Source: an uncultured Acidobacteriota bacterium
GTDB lineage: Bacteria; Acidobacteriota; Polarisedimenticolia; Polarisedimenticolales; JAIQFR01
Direction: 5' to 3'
DNA: 64,000 nucleotides
Assembly (NCBI GenBank): GCA_937864465.1
Contig: CALMJU010000082.1
Span: forward strand, 41,155 to 105,154
The notes beneath the pieces are model-generated. The model saw only the letters and a program-made list of their open reading frames with translations. It was not told the origin of the DNA and did no database searches. Shown here piece after piece: positions 15,584 to 25,026 of this stretch; within the stretch, counting starts at the first letter, position 1, and each line of letters opens with the position of its first letter. A program made the translations under genes and the position numbers.

Positions 15584-16942
15584 ATGATCGAGCGGTACAC
15601 GAGACCGGAGATGGGAGCCCTCTGGACCGACGAGGCGCGGTTCCGGACGTGGCTCGAGGTGGAGCTGGCCGTCTGTGAGGCGCTCGGCGAGAAGGGAGAG
15701 ATCCCCGCGGCCGACGTCGCGGAGATCCGCGCGCGGGCCGATTTCGACGTCGCGCGCATCGCCGAGATCGAGACCGAGGTCCGCCACGACGTGATCGCGT
15801 TCCTGACGAGCGTCGCCGAGAAGATCGGCCCGGCGTCACGCCACGTCCATTACGGACTCACGTCGTCCGACGTCCTCGACACGGCGCTCGCCCTGACCGT
15901 CGTGCGAGCTCTGGACCGGATCCTCGAGGGGCTCGACGGGCTGATGGGCGCTCTGAGGCGTCGGGCGCTCGAGCACCGGAGCACGGTGATGGCGGGGCGG
16001 ACCCACGGCATCCACGCGGAGCCGTACACGCTCGGGCTGAAGCTCGCCGGCTGGTACGCCGAGATGGGCCGGAACCGCTCGCGGATCGAGGCGGCCCGGG
16101 AGGAGATCCGGTTCGGGAAGATCTCGGGCGCCGTCGGAACCTACGCCCACCTCGGGCCCGAAGTCGAGACCCGGGTGCTCGAGAGGCTCGGTCTTCGGGC
16201 GGAGCCCCTGGCGACGCAGGTCGTCCCCAGGGACCGCCACGCGGCCGTGGTCTCGTCGCTCGGGATCCTCGGGTCCGGGATCGATCGGATCGCCACCGAG
16301 ATCCGCCACCTCCAGCGCACCGACGTCCGGGAGGTCGAGGAGCCGTTCGGAAAGGGGCAGAAGGGCTCGTCCGCGATGCCCCACAAGCGCAACCCGGTCG
16401 GATGCGAGAACCTCTCGGGGCTGGCCCGCCTGCTGCGGTCCTACGTCCAGGCGGCACTGGAGAACGTCCCGCTGTGGCACGAGAGGGACATCTCCCACTC
16501 CTCGGTGGAACGCGTGATCCTTCCCGACGCGACGATCCTGGCCGATTACATGCTCCACCGCCTGACGGGGATCGTGGACGGCCTCGTCGTCCACCCGGAG
16601 GCGATGCGGGAGAACCTGGCGAAGACCCGCGGGCTCGTCTTCTCGCAGCCGGTGCTGCTCGCTCTCACACGGGCCGGCATGACGAGGGAGGAGGCGTACG
16701 AGGCGGTCCAGCGCAACGCCATGAAGGTCTGGGAGGGGGGGGCGGGATTCCGCGATCTCCTCGCGGCCGATCCCGAGGTTCGGGCTCGTCTCTCCGAGCG
16801 GGCGCTCGACGAGGCGTTCGATCCGGAGCGGGCGCTCCGCCACGTGGACGCGGTCTTCGAGCGGGTGTTCGGCGGAGAATCGGAGGCGCCGCGTTCTGCT
16901 AGACTGGCGCCTCGCTCGGAGGACCGTTCCGGGCGGCGGTAG
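15584..16942 (+). CDS. purB: Adenylosuccinate lyase
   Basis: 452 aa with the fumarate-lyase signature [11 protein letters not shown] and the typical PurB N-terminus [10 protein letters not shown]. Confidence 0.95.
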   Translation: MIERYTRPEMGALWTDEARFRTWLEVELAVCEALGEKGEIPAADVAEIRARADFDVARIAEIETEVRHDVIAFLTSVAEKIGPASRHVHYGLTSSDVLDTALALTVVRALDRILEGLDGLMGALRRRALEHRSTVMAGRTHGIHAEPYTLGLKLAGWYAEMGRNRSRIEAAREEIRFGKISGAVGTYAHLGPEVETRVLERLGLRAEPLATQVVPRDRHAAVVSSLGILGSGIDRIATEIRHLQRTDVREVEEPFGKGQKGSSAMPHKRNPVGCENLSGLARLLRSYVQAALENVPLWHERDISHSSVERVILPDATILADYMLHRLTGIVDGLVVHPEAMRENLAKTRGLVFSQPVLLALTRAGMTREEAYEAVQRNAMKVWEGGAGFRDLLAADPEVRARLSERALDEAFDPERALRHVDAVFERVFGGESEAPRSARLAPRSEDRSGRR

Positions 16943-16959
16943 GGAGCGGGGAAGAGCGC

Positions 16960-18342
16960 ATGTGCGGCATCGTCGGGGTCTTCGGACACCGGGACGCGTC
17001 GAGGCTCGCGTACCTGGGACTGTACGCCCTCCAGCACCGCGGGCAGGAGTCCGCCGGGATCGTGACGGCGGACGGGAGGAGCTTCCACCGGCGGGCCGGA
17101 ATGGGGCATGTCGCGGACGTCTTCGCTGAAGACCCGAGCGACCTTCCCGGGAGTTCCGCGCTCGGGCACGTGCGGTACTCGACCTACGGCGACTCGAACC
17201 CCGGAAACGCCCAGCCGTTCCTGATGCGGCACTACCGGGGACCGATCGCCGTCGCCCACAACGGGAACCTCGTCGACGCGCCGCTCGTTCGCTCGGACCT
17301 GGAGGGCGACGGGGCGATCTTCCAGACGACCACCGACACCGAGGCGGTGCTCCACCTGGTGGCGCGCTCGAGGGAGCCGGACGTCGTCGACGCGATCGTG
17401 GCGGCGCTACGCCAGGTCCGCGGCGCCTTCACGGCGGTTTTCCTCGTTCCGGGCCGTCTCGTGGCGGTCCGGGACCCGATGGGGTTCCGTCCGCTGTCCC
17501 TCGGCCGGCTGGAAGGCGGCTGGGTCGTCGCCAGCGAGACGTGCGCCTTCGATCTCCTAGGCGTCGAGCGGGTCCGCGATGTGGAGCGGGGCGAGGTCCT
17601 GGTGCTGGACGTGGCGGGGACGCACTCGTTCCGGCCGTTCCCGCCCGCCAGGCCGGCCCCCTGCGCCTTCGAGCACGTGTACTTCGCGCGTCCGGACAGC
17701 GCGGTCTTCGGAAGGTCGGTGCAGGCGGTCCGGAAGCGCCTGGGGGAGGAGTTGTGGCGGGAGCGGCCGGCGGACGCGGATCTCGTCGTGCCGGTCCCGG
17801 ACTCGGGCAACTTCGCCGCGCTCGGCTACTCTCGCGCGTCGGGGATCCCGTTCGAGATGGGCCTGACGCGGAACCACTACGTGGGGAGAACTTTCATCGA
17901 GCCGAGCGAGGCGATCCGGAGCTTCGGGGTCCGGGTGAAGCTGAACCCGGTGCGCGAGATCCTGGAGGGCAGGCGGATCGTCCTGATCGACGACTCGATC
18001 GTGCGCGGCACGACGAGCCGGTGGATCGTGGACCTGTGCCGCGACGCGGGAGCCTCGGAGGTGCATCTCCGGGTCTCCTGCCCGCCGACGGTCGGACCCT
18101 GCTACTACGGGATCGACACGCCGCGCCGCGACGAGCTGATCGCCTCGCGCCACACCCTCGACGAGATCCGCGCGCACGTCGGCTCGGACACGCTGGGGTA
18201 CCTGAGCCTGGAGGGGCTGTTCCGGGCGCTCGAGACGTCCGGCGACGCCTTCTGCGCGGCCTGCTGGACCGACGAGCACCCGGTGGCGATCCCGAGGGCG
18301 GAGGCGGACCAGCTCGGGCTCTTCGACCGGCCGCCGCGTTGA
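16960..18342 (+). CDS. purF: Amidophosphoribosyltransferase
   Basis: 460 aa with the N-terminal nucleophile MCGIVGVFG, the PRTase motif VLIDDSIVRGTT and C-terminal Cys ligands. Confidence 0.95.
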   Translation: MCGIVGVFGHRDASRLAYLGLYALQHRGQESAGIVTADGRSFHRRAGMGHVADVFAEDPSDLPGSSALGHVRYSTYGDSNPGNAQPFLMRHYRGPIAVAHNGNLVDAPLVRSDLEGDGAIFQTTTDTEAVLHLVARSREPDVVDAIVAALRQVRGAFTAVFLVPGRLVAVRDPMGFRPLSLGRLEGGWVVASETCAFDLLGVERVRDVERGEVLVLDVAGTHSFRPFPPARPAPCAFEHVYFARPDSAVFGRSVQAVRKRLGEELWRERPADADLVVPVPDSGNFAALGYSRASGIPFEMGLTRNHYVGRTFIEPSEAIRSFGVRVKLNPVREILEGRRIVLIDDSIVRGTTSRWIVDLCRDAGASEVHLRVSCPPTVGPCYYGIDTPRRDELIASRHTLDEIRAHVGSDTLGYLSLEGLFRALETSGDAFCAACWTDEHPVAIPRAEADQLGLFDRPPR

Positions 18343-18451
18343 CGGCGCGTTCGGCCCGGGTTGCCGGGACGGAACCGCGTTCCTGGCGGCGGGGGGTACG
18401 GGGCACGATGTTTCGGGCGGGACGTGGAGGTGACGGCTCGCGGGAGGCGCG

Positions 18452-19513
18452 ATGAGGGACGGGGAGGAAAGCGGGCCGGGGAGGGAAGGCCTCCGGTACC
18501 GGGACGCCGGCGTCGACATCGACGCTCAGGACGAGGCGCTCCGGAGGATCAAGGCGTCGCTCCGGGCGACGAGGACGCCCGGGGTCCTCGCCGATCTCGG
18601 CGCCTTCGGGGGGATGTTCGCGCCGGACCTATCGGGGATGGCGCAGCCGGTCCTCGTGGCTTCCTGCGACGGCGTCGGCACGAAGCTCAAGGTCGCCTTC
18701 GAGACCGGCGTGCACGACACGGTCGGGAGGGACCTCGTCAACCACTGCGTCGACGACATCCTTGTCCAGGGCGCGACGCCCCTGTTCTTCCTCGATTACG
18801 TCGCGACGGGGCGGCTCGATCCCGGGGTGCTCGCCGCGGTCGTCGAAGGGGTCGCGCGGGGCTGCCGCGAGAACGGGTGCGCGCTCCTGGGCGGCGAGAC
18901 GGCCGAGATGCCCGGCTTCTACGAAGCGGGCGAATACGACGTGGCGGGGTTCATCGTCGGCGTCGTCGACCGATCCCGAGTCCTCGACGGGAGCCGGGTC
19001 GCGGCGGGGGACGTCCTGGTCGGGCTCCCGTCCGCGGGACTCCACACGAACGGCTACTCGCTCGCCCGGAAGATCTTCTTCGAGGTGCTCGGCCTCCGCG
19101 CCGCCAGCTTCGTCGAGGAGCTGGGCGACACCGCGGGAGGCGTCCTGCTGCGGGAGCACCGGTCCTATCTCGCGATCCTCGAGAGGCCGGTTCGCGAGGG
19201 CTGGGTGAGCGCGCTCGCCCACGTCACCGGCGGCGGCCTCACGGACAATCTCCCCAGGGTGCTGCCCGCGGGGACCGCCGCGCGGGTCGACCGGGGCTCC
19301 TGGGAGGTCCCGGCGCTCTTCGGGTTCCTGCGGGAGAGGGGGAACGTGCCGGAGCCGGAGATGTTCCGGACGTTCAACATGGGGATCGGGATGGTCGCGT
19401 TCGTCCCGGCGTCCGGCCTCCGGGACCTCGAGGCCCATCTCGACGCGCTCGGCGAGCCGCACCACAGGATCGGGGCGGTGGTCGAGGGCGGCGGCGGCAC
19501 GATCTACGCATGA
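18452..19513 (+). CDS. purM: Phosphoribosylformylglycinamidine cyclo-ligase (AIR synthetase)
   Basis: 353 aa with DGVGTKLK, the DDILVQGA..LFFLDY motif and GLHTNGYSLARK. Confidence 0.93.
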   Translation: MRDGEESGPGREGLRYRDAGVDIDAQDEALRRIKASLRATRTPGVLADLGAFGGMFAPDLSGMAQPVLVASCDGVGTKLKVAFETGVHDTVGRDLVNHCVDDILVQGATPLFFLDYVATGRLDPGVLAAVVEGVARGCRENGCALLGGETAEMPGFYEAGEYDVAGFIVGVVDRSRVLDGSRVAAGDVLVGLPSAGLHTNGYSLARKIFFEVLGLRAASFVEELGDTAGGVLLREHRSYLAILERPVREGWVSALAHVTGGGLTDNLPRVLPAGTAARVDRGSWEVPALFGFLRERGNVPEPEMFRTFNMGIGMVAFVPASGLRDLEAHLDALGEPHHRIGAVVEGGGGTIYA

Positions 19514-19541
19514 GCGGAAGAAGGCGGGGAGAGAGACGGCG

Positions 19542-20180
19542 ATGACGGCGCGGCGGAAGCGGGTCGGCATCCTGATCTCCGGTCGCGGCAGCAACATGGT
19601 GGCGATCGTTCAGGCGATTCGGGACGGGCGGATCGCCGCCGATCCCGCGGTCGTGATCTCGAACGTCCCCGGAGCGGCGGGGCTCTCGCGCGCGGAGGCG
19701 ATGGGGGTGCCCACGGCCGTCGTGGACCACAGAGCGGTGAGGCCCCGCGAGGCACACGAGCGGGAGGTCGCGAGGATCCTGCGCGAGCGCGGGACGGACC
19801 TCGTCTGCCTCGCGGGCTACATGCGCTTGCTGTCGCCCTGGTTCGTCGGGGAGTTCCGGCGCCGGATCCTGAACGTCCACCCGGCGCTCCTCCCGGCCTT
19901 CCCCGGCCTCGACGCGCAGCGGCAGGCGATCGATCACGGCGCCAAGATCAGCGGCTGCACGGTGCACTTCGTCGACGATGAGTGCGACCACGGCCCGATC
20001 GTGCTGCAGGCGGCGGTGCCGGTGCTCGAGGACGACGACGAGGATTCGCTTGCGGCCCGGATCCTCGAGCAGGAGCACCGGATCTACGCCGAGGCGGTCG
20101 CGCTCTACTGCGCGGACCGCTTGACCTTCGAGGGGCGAAGGGTCCGGATCCGTCCGGGCCCCGTCCGCCCCGACCGCTGA
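19542..20180 (+). CDS. purN: Phosphoribosylglycinamide formyltransferase
   Basis: 212 aa with ILISGRGSN, NVHPALLP and GCTVHFVDDECDHGPI. Confidence 0.93.
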   Translation: MTARRKRVGILISGRGSNMVAIVQAIRDGRIAADPAVVISNVPGAAGLSRAEAMGVPTAVVDHRAVRPREAHEREVARILRERGTDLVCLAGYMRLLSPWFVGEFRRRILNVHPALLPAFPGLDAQRQAIDHGAKISGCTVHFVDDECDHGPIVLQAAVPVLEDDDEDSLAARILEQEHRIYAEAVALYCADRLTFEGRRVRIRPGPVRPDR

Positions 20181-20215
20181 AGCCCGGTCCCGCCCCGCCT
20201 CTCCTGGAGCGCCCC

Positions 20216-21004
20216 GTGAAGGGGAAAGAGCCTTCCCGCCCGGCTGGCGAGTCGGTCCCCGTGTGGGACGAGGAGAGCGCGCCGCCGTCGGCGGGCCGCG
20301 CGCGCACCGAGCCGCCGCCGGAGTTCTCCCCGGACCGGGGCCTCGCGAGACCTCTCGCGTACGGCCTCGTTCGGAGGCTCCGGCAGAGGGGGGCGGAGAG
20401 CCTGACCGCGGGCGAGCTCCTCGCCCTCGTCATCGGGGACGGCAAGGGGAGATCCTCCGCGCACCGCGCGGCGGACGACGTCGTCCGCAGGCGAGGCGTG
20501 CGCGACCTCGCCGGCCTCGGCGTCGACGAGTGGCTGCGCGAGCCCGGGATCTGCGGCCGGGCGGCCGCCGCCCTCGTCGCGGCGGTGGAGCTCGGGCGCA
20601 GGGTCCACGGGGCGGGGGGAGACGGCGAGCGCCCGCGCGTGGCCCGGCCTCGGGACGCCTTCGAGCTGACGCGGGATCTCGCGACTGCGAGGAAGGAGCA
20701 CCTCGTGGGCCTGTACCTCGACGCGCAAAACGGGCTGATCGCCCGAGAGACCGTCTCGATCGGCTCGCTCAACACGACCCGGACCCACCCGCGGGAGATC
20801 CTGTTCCCGGCGATCTCGCTCCTCGCGCTCGGCTTCGTGCTCGTCCACAACCACCCGTCGGGCTGCCTCGACCCGTCGGAAGAGGACGTCGAGTTCACCC
20901 GGTCGGTGCGGAGGGCGGGGGAGATGATCGGGGTCGAGCTCTACGACCACCTGATCGTCGCCGGGCGCGGCTTCACGAGCCTGAGGGAGCGGGGGCTCAT
21001 CTGA
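20216..21004 (+). CDS. radC: RadC-family JAMM domain protein
   Basis: In frame with track ORF 19982..21004. The JAMM motif is VLVHNHPSGCLDPSEEDVEFT and an HhH-like region precedes it. The start (GTG 20216) is the first candidate after the purN stop and is uncertain. Confidence 0.82.
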   Translation: MKGKEPSRPAGESVPVWDEESAPPSAGRARTEPPPEFSPDRGLARPLAYGLVRRLRQRGAESLTAGELLALVIGDGKGRSSAHRAADDVVRRRGVRDLAGLGVDEWLREPGICGRAAAALVAAVELGRRVHGAGGDGERPRVARPRDAFELTRDLATARKEHLVGLYLDAQNGLIARETVSIGSLNTTRTHPREILFPAISLLALGFVLVHNHPSGCLDPSEEDVEFTRSVRRAGEMIGVELYDHLIVAGRGFTSLRERGLI

Positions 21005-21049
21005 CCTCGCGCATCGAGCGAGCGGGAGGGATCTCCTCGGATCGAGGTC

Positions 21050-21295
21050 TCACGGCTTCGCAGGCGGGTCGCCCGACTCGCTCTCCTCGGCCTCGTCCCT
21101 CTTGCGCTCCTCCAGGACGTACCTCTTGGAGGGCTCGAGAATGGCGTGGACCTCGAGCAAGGCGTTGCCGAGCGCGGAGCCGGCTCCGCGGCTGTGGCGG
21201 TAGCGAATCCATCCGCGCCCCTCCGCGTGGACGGCGAGGCGGTGGAGGCCGTAGACGCACGCGGACGCCAGGATCGCGTAGAGGGCGTACCTCAT
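21050..21295 (-). CDS. Small membrane-anchored protein of unknown function (possibly DUF6191-like)
   Basis: Internal ATG at 21295 of track ORF 21050..21364. The N-terminal TM is MRYALYAILASACVYGL and the tail is acidic (EERKRDEAEESESGDPP). Resemblance to DUF6191 is from memory only. Its start overlaps the stop of an upstream 30-codon ORF (ATGA). Confidence 0.4.
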   Translation of the reverse strand: MRYALYAILASACVYGLHRLAVHAEGRGWIRYRHSRGAGSALGNALLEVHAILEPSKRYVLEERKRDEAEESESGDPPAKP

Positions 21296-21547
21296 GGGCG
21301 CCCCTCCCGGCTCCGGCCGTCCAGGTTCGCCAGGGCGGCGTTGATCAGCGCCAGCCCTCCCCAACCGACGAAGTAATGGGTCATGACGACCTTTGCGTCG
21401 CGGTCTCTCCGCCCGCCCTACCGCGGCATCGTCGCGACGTACAGGATCTCGGCCGCGTACACGACGAGGAAAGCGGCAAGGATGAGCTTCTCGTACACCG
21501 ACAGCGACTCGACGTACCGTCTCACGGTGGCCATGGCTCTGGCCATG

Positions 21548-22744
21548 CTACAGCATCTCCTCTCCCGCTCGCCCGGCTCCTCTCGTCGACAGCCGCAGAA
21601 GCCACGCGAGACACACGATCCACAGCAGGCTCAACCCCATCACCTCGCCGGTCAGGAGCGCCCGGAGCGGCGGTCGGACGACCGGGAACCGGCCGAACAG
21701 GATCTGCGGGTGATACAGCCAGTAGAAGTTGACGAGCGCCCAGGTCGCGGCGCCGACGTACAGCGAGGGCATCCTGCCCCGGATGAGGAACGCGAATGGC
21801 AGCAGCCAGAGGAGGTACTGCGACGAGATTCCCGCCACCACGCAGTAGAAGAGCAGCACGGTCGACGCGATGGAGACGATCAGTTGCCTCCTGGGAGCGA
21901 GAGCCAGGAGCACGGCGTAGGCGGCAAAGAAGACATACTTCGACACCCCGGAGAGCGCGACGTGGAGCCCTCCGGGAAGGCCGTAGAGAAGCGCGCTCCC
22001 CTTCAGGGAGTGGACCGCCCGAAGAAGGGCGACGAGTCCGTAGTCCGTGGCGCCGCTGTAGGTGAAGACCTCGCGGAGGAGGGCCCTCGGATCGAGCGCC
22101 AGGAAGGGCAGGAACGAGAGAGCGGTGGGGACGGTCGCGTGCAGAAGGTAGCTCATGCGCTTCCGGAAGGGGAGGCGCAGTCGGATGAGAAAGAACGGGA
22201 GGAAGAGCACCGGGTAGCTTCGGAACCCGATGCCGAGGCCGAGGAGGAGGGCGGAGAGCCTGTAGTGGCGCTCGACACCGAACAGGAGGACGGCGTACGC
22301 GAGGAAGCTCGAGAGGGTCGCAATCGAGATGATGTTGCCGTGGAACCCGGTGATGAGGATGGAGACGGGGTTGAGGGCGTAGAAGAGGCTCCACCCGCGG
22401 GCGTTCGCGTGCCCCTTCTTCGCGAGGACCAGGTAGAGAGCGGCGACGATGCAGACGTCGGCGGCGGCGCTCTGCAGCTTCATGAGGATCGAAAACGGCA
22501 CGTGCAGGAGGAGGGTGAGCTTCGCGCACAGAGCGGGCAAGAACATCGACACGGGAGAGTAGGGGAAGATGCTGCGCGTCACCTCGTAGATGTTCCGGTG
22601 CTCCAGAATCGGAATGGCCTGTTGGGCGTAGAGGTCCGTCCATCCCGTTCCGTTCAGGATCGGCGCAATGCGCGCGACCGAGGCGAGGGCGACGAGGAGG
22701 ATCAGATCCGTTCTTCGGAACGGGGCGTCCCGCTGGGGGGTCAT
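21548..22744 (-). CDS. Polytopic membrane protein, GT-C-like glycosyltransferase fold (DUF2029/PMT_2-like)
   Basis: ATG 22744 is in frame with track ORF 21548..24226, giving 398 aa. It has about 10 hydrophobic helices and an early loop motif typical of lipid-linked sugar transferases. The family assignment is tentative. Confidence 0.65.
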   Translation of the reverse strand: MTPQRDAPFRRTDLILLVALASVARIAPILNGTGWTDLYAQQAIPILEHRNIYEVTRSIFPYSPVSMFLPALCAKLTLLLHVPFSILMKLQSAAADVCIVAALYLVLAKKGHANARGWSLFYALNPVSILITGFHGNIISIATLSSFLAYAVLLFGVERHYRLSALLLGLGIGFRSYPVLFLPFFLIRLRLPFRKRMSYLLHATVPTALSFLPFLALDPRALLREVFTYSGATDYGLVALLRAVHSLKGSALLYGLPGGLHVALSGVSKYVFFAAYAVLLALAPRRQLIVSIASTVLLFYCVVAGISSQYLLWLLPFAFLIRGRMPSLYVGAATWALVNFYWLYHPQILFGRFPVVRPPLRALLTGEVMGLSLLWIVCLAWLLRLSTRGAGRAGEEML

Positions 22745-22957
22745 GGCGCGCGAGGGGTCGATCGGCGCGGCGGAACGGAGCGTTTCGCGGGCATCGTGGC
22801 CTTCCCCATCCTCGTCGCCGGGCGATCCGGCAGGCGGCGGGCGGCGGCGAGGGCGAGTATAGCGGGGGAGGGCGCTGGCCGGAAGGGGGGCCCGGGGGCG
22901 CTCGCGCGGGCGGCGGCGGCGAGGAGCGGCGTCTCGGACGATGAGGCGCCCGCGATT

Positions 22958-22966
22958 TGCTAGAAT
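22958..22966 (+). promoter_or_regulatory. Extended -10 promoter candidate (TGCTAGAAT) for tyrS
   Basis: TGC+TAGAAT at 22958-22966, 43 nt upstream of ATG 23009. There is no good -35. Confidence 0.35.
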
Positions 22967-23008
22967 CGCCCTCCGCGCGCCGGAAGGCGCGCGGCGCGAG
23001 GTGACTCG

Positions 23009-24259
23009 ATGGCGGAGAGCCGTACCGAATTCGTTCCGGTCGAGCGGCAGATGGAGATCCTCGGGCGGGGAGCCGTCGACCTCGTCACCGAGGCGGAGCT
23101 CACGAAGAAGCTCGAGCGGTCGAGGGAGACGGGGAAGCCGCTGACGGTCAAGGTCGGGTTCGACCCGACGGCGCCGGACATCCACCTCGGCCACACGGTC
23201 CTCCTCCGGAAGATGCGGCAGTTCCAGGACCTCGGGCACCGGGTGATCTTCGTGATCGGCGACTTCACCGGGCTGATCGGCGATCCGACGGGACGGTCGA
23301 AGACGCGGCCGGCGCTGACCCCCGAGGAGATCGCGAGGAACGCCGAGACGTACAAGCGGCAGTGCTTCAAGGTGCTCGACCCGCAGAGGACCGAGATCCG
23401 GTTCAACAGCGAGTGGCTCGGCGCGCTCGGCTCCGAGGGGTTCGTGCGCCTCGCGGCCCGTTACAACGTGGCCCGGATGCTCGAGCGGAAGGACTTCAGG
23501 ACGCGCTTCCAGTCGGGCCAGACGATCGCGATCCACGAGTTCCTGTACCCGCTCGCGCAGGCCTACGATTCGGTGGCGCTCCGGGCGGACGTGGAGCTGG
23601 GGGGGACCGACCAGCTGTTCAACCTGAACGTCGGCCGGGAGATCATGCCGGACTACGGCCTCGAGTCCCAGATCGTGCTCACTACCCCGCTCCTCGAGGG
23701 GCTCGACGGCTCGGAGAAGATGTCGAAGAGCCTCGGCAACTACGTCGGCGTCGAGGAGGAGCCCCGGGAGATATTCGGCAAGCTGATGTCGGTCTCCGAC
23801 GACCTGATGTGGAGGTATTACCTCCTGTGCACCGGCGTGTCCACCGAGGGGATCGAGCGGATGAAAGCGCTCGTCGTCTCCGGCGAGCTGCACCCGAAGA
23901 AGGCGAAGGAAGGGCTCGCGATGCGGATCGTCGCCGACTTCCACGGCGAAACGGCGGCGCGGACGGCGCTCGAGGAGTTCCAGCGGATCTTCCAGGCGGG
24001 CGGGGTCCCGGACGAGGTCGTCGAGCGCGAGATCCCGGTCGAGAAGGGGAAGGTCGCCCTCACGAAGATGCTCGTCGCCCTCGGCCTCGCCTCCTCGAAC
24101 AGCGAGGCGATGCGGCTCGTCCAGCAGGGCGGGGTCCGCCTCGACGACGCGAAGGTCCCCCCGGACACGCGGGAGATCGAGGCGAAGGTCGGGACGACGG
24201 TCCTCGTCAAGGTCGGGAAGCGCCACTTCGCCCGCGCGAGGTTCGTCGCGTCGTTCTGA
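23009..24259 (+). CDS. tyrS: Tyrosine--tRNA ligase
   Basis: 416 aa with the HIGH motif (DIHLGH), KMSKS, and a C-terminal S4-like domain. Confidence 0.96.
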   Translation: MAESRTEFVPVERQMEILGRGAVDLVTEAELTKKLERSRETGKPLTVKVGFDPTAPDIHLGHTVLLRKMRQFQDLGHRVIFVIGDFTGLIGDPTGRSKTRPALTPEEIARNAETYKRQCFKVLDPQRTEIRFNSEWLGALGSEGFVRLAARYNVARMLERKDFRTRFQSGQTIAIHEFLYPLAQAYDSVALRADVELGGTDQLFNLNVGREIMPDYGLESQIVLTTPLLEGLDGSEKMSKSLGNYVGVEEEPREIFGKLMSVSDDLMWRYYLLCTGVSTEGIERMKALVVSGELHPKKAKEGLAMRIVADFHGETAARTALEEFQRIFQAGGVPDEVVEREIPVEKGKVALTKMLVALGLASSNSEAMRLVQQGGVRLDDAKVPPDTREIEAKVGTTVLVKVGKRHFARARFVASF

Positions 24260-24271
24260 GGGCGCCGCGCC

Positions 24272-25015
24272 TCAGGGGAACACCTCCACGCGCTCGACGT
24301 CGACGTGCGACTCCAGGGGGTCGACGACGGGCGGCCCCACGCTTCCTGGATCGAGGTCGTACGTCCGGTCGTCCGCCGTGCGCACCGGCTCGCCGAGAGG
24401 ATCGAAGACGTGGTTCCCCGCCCCCGCGAACCGCTCCTCGGGAACTTCCGACGCCGCGACGCAGCAGCCGACGACCCAGACGGCGTTCTCGATCGCCCGG
24501 GCGCGCAGGAGCGTCGCCCAGACGTGATCGCGGCGCAGCGGCCACCAGGCGACGGCGACGAGGGCGTCGGCGCGGGCCTGCAGCCGGAGCGCGCGCGCCT
24601 GCTCGGGGAAGCGGACGTCGTTGCAGTTGACGAGGCCGATCGTGCGATCGGCGACCCGGACGGCGGCGTAGCGGTCCCCGGGCTTCCAGATCTCGCACTC
24701 GCCGTTCGGCCGGAAGAGGTGAACCTTGTCGTAGCGGGCGATCTCGGATCCTCCGCGCCAGACCGTCATCCGGTTCCGCCCCTCCTCGGAGTGGGAGCCG
24801 AAGAAGAACGCGATCCGGGGATGGCTCCGGGACGTCTCCGAGAAGACCGAGCGGACCCTGGCCGGGTCGACCGTCCGGCGGTAGCCGTGGAGAAAGCTCT
24901 CCGGGAAGACGCAGGCGTCGGCTCCCGACGCCGCGGAGGCTGCCGCTTCCTCGGCGACGCGCCGGAGGTTCGACTCCGGGTCGAGGGCGACCCACCGGGC
25001 GAGATGGAATCGCAT
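24272..25015 (-). CDS. Carbon-nitrogen hydrolase (nitrilase superfamily)
   Basis: ATG 25015 is in frame with track ORF 24272..26746, giving 247 aa. The catalytic triad context is FPE (Glu), K-VHLF (Lys) and VNCNDVRFPE (Cys). Confidence 0.85.
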   Translation of the reverse strand: MRFHLARWVALDPESNLRRVAEEAAASAASGADACVFPESFLHGYRRTVDPARVRSVFSETSRSHPRIAFFFGSHSEEGRNRMTVWRGGSEIARYDKVHLFRPNGECEIWKPGDRYAAVRVADRTIGLVNCNDVRFPEQARALRLQARADALVAVAWWPLRRDHVWATLLRARAIENAVWVVGCCVAASEVPEERFAGAGNHVFDPLGEPVRTADDRTYDLDPGSVGPPVVDPLESHVDVERVEVFP

Positions 25016-25026
25016 GCGACCTTCCC

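Noticed and set aside
14135-21732. Alternative-frame ORFs across the dut-pur-radC region (for example 14245..15678 +, 14550..15839 -, 15836..16843 -, 17557..18519 -, 18361..19545 +, 19948..20898 -, 20263..21732 +).
   Set aside because: They show the same low-complexity Arg/Pro/Gly composition. Each overlaps a confidently identified housekeeping gene in another frame.
24255-24275. Short hairpins at convergent gene ends (tyrS/nitrilase CTGAGG…CCTCAG at 24255-24275; mutS2/NYN at about 54488-54506; hfq/pilT at about 50422-50438), considered as terminators.
   Set aside because: The stems are only 5-6 bp with large loops and no U-tract. They are too weak to report as features.
21383-24630. ORFs 21383..22963 +, 21522..22643 -, 23362..24630 + and the N-terminal 494 codons of track ORF 21548..24226.
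   Set aside because: Only the C-terminal 398 codons of 21548..24226 look like a real hydrophobic, helix-rich protein. The upstream part runs antisense through tyrS and is Arg/Asp/Pro-rich junk.
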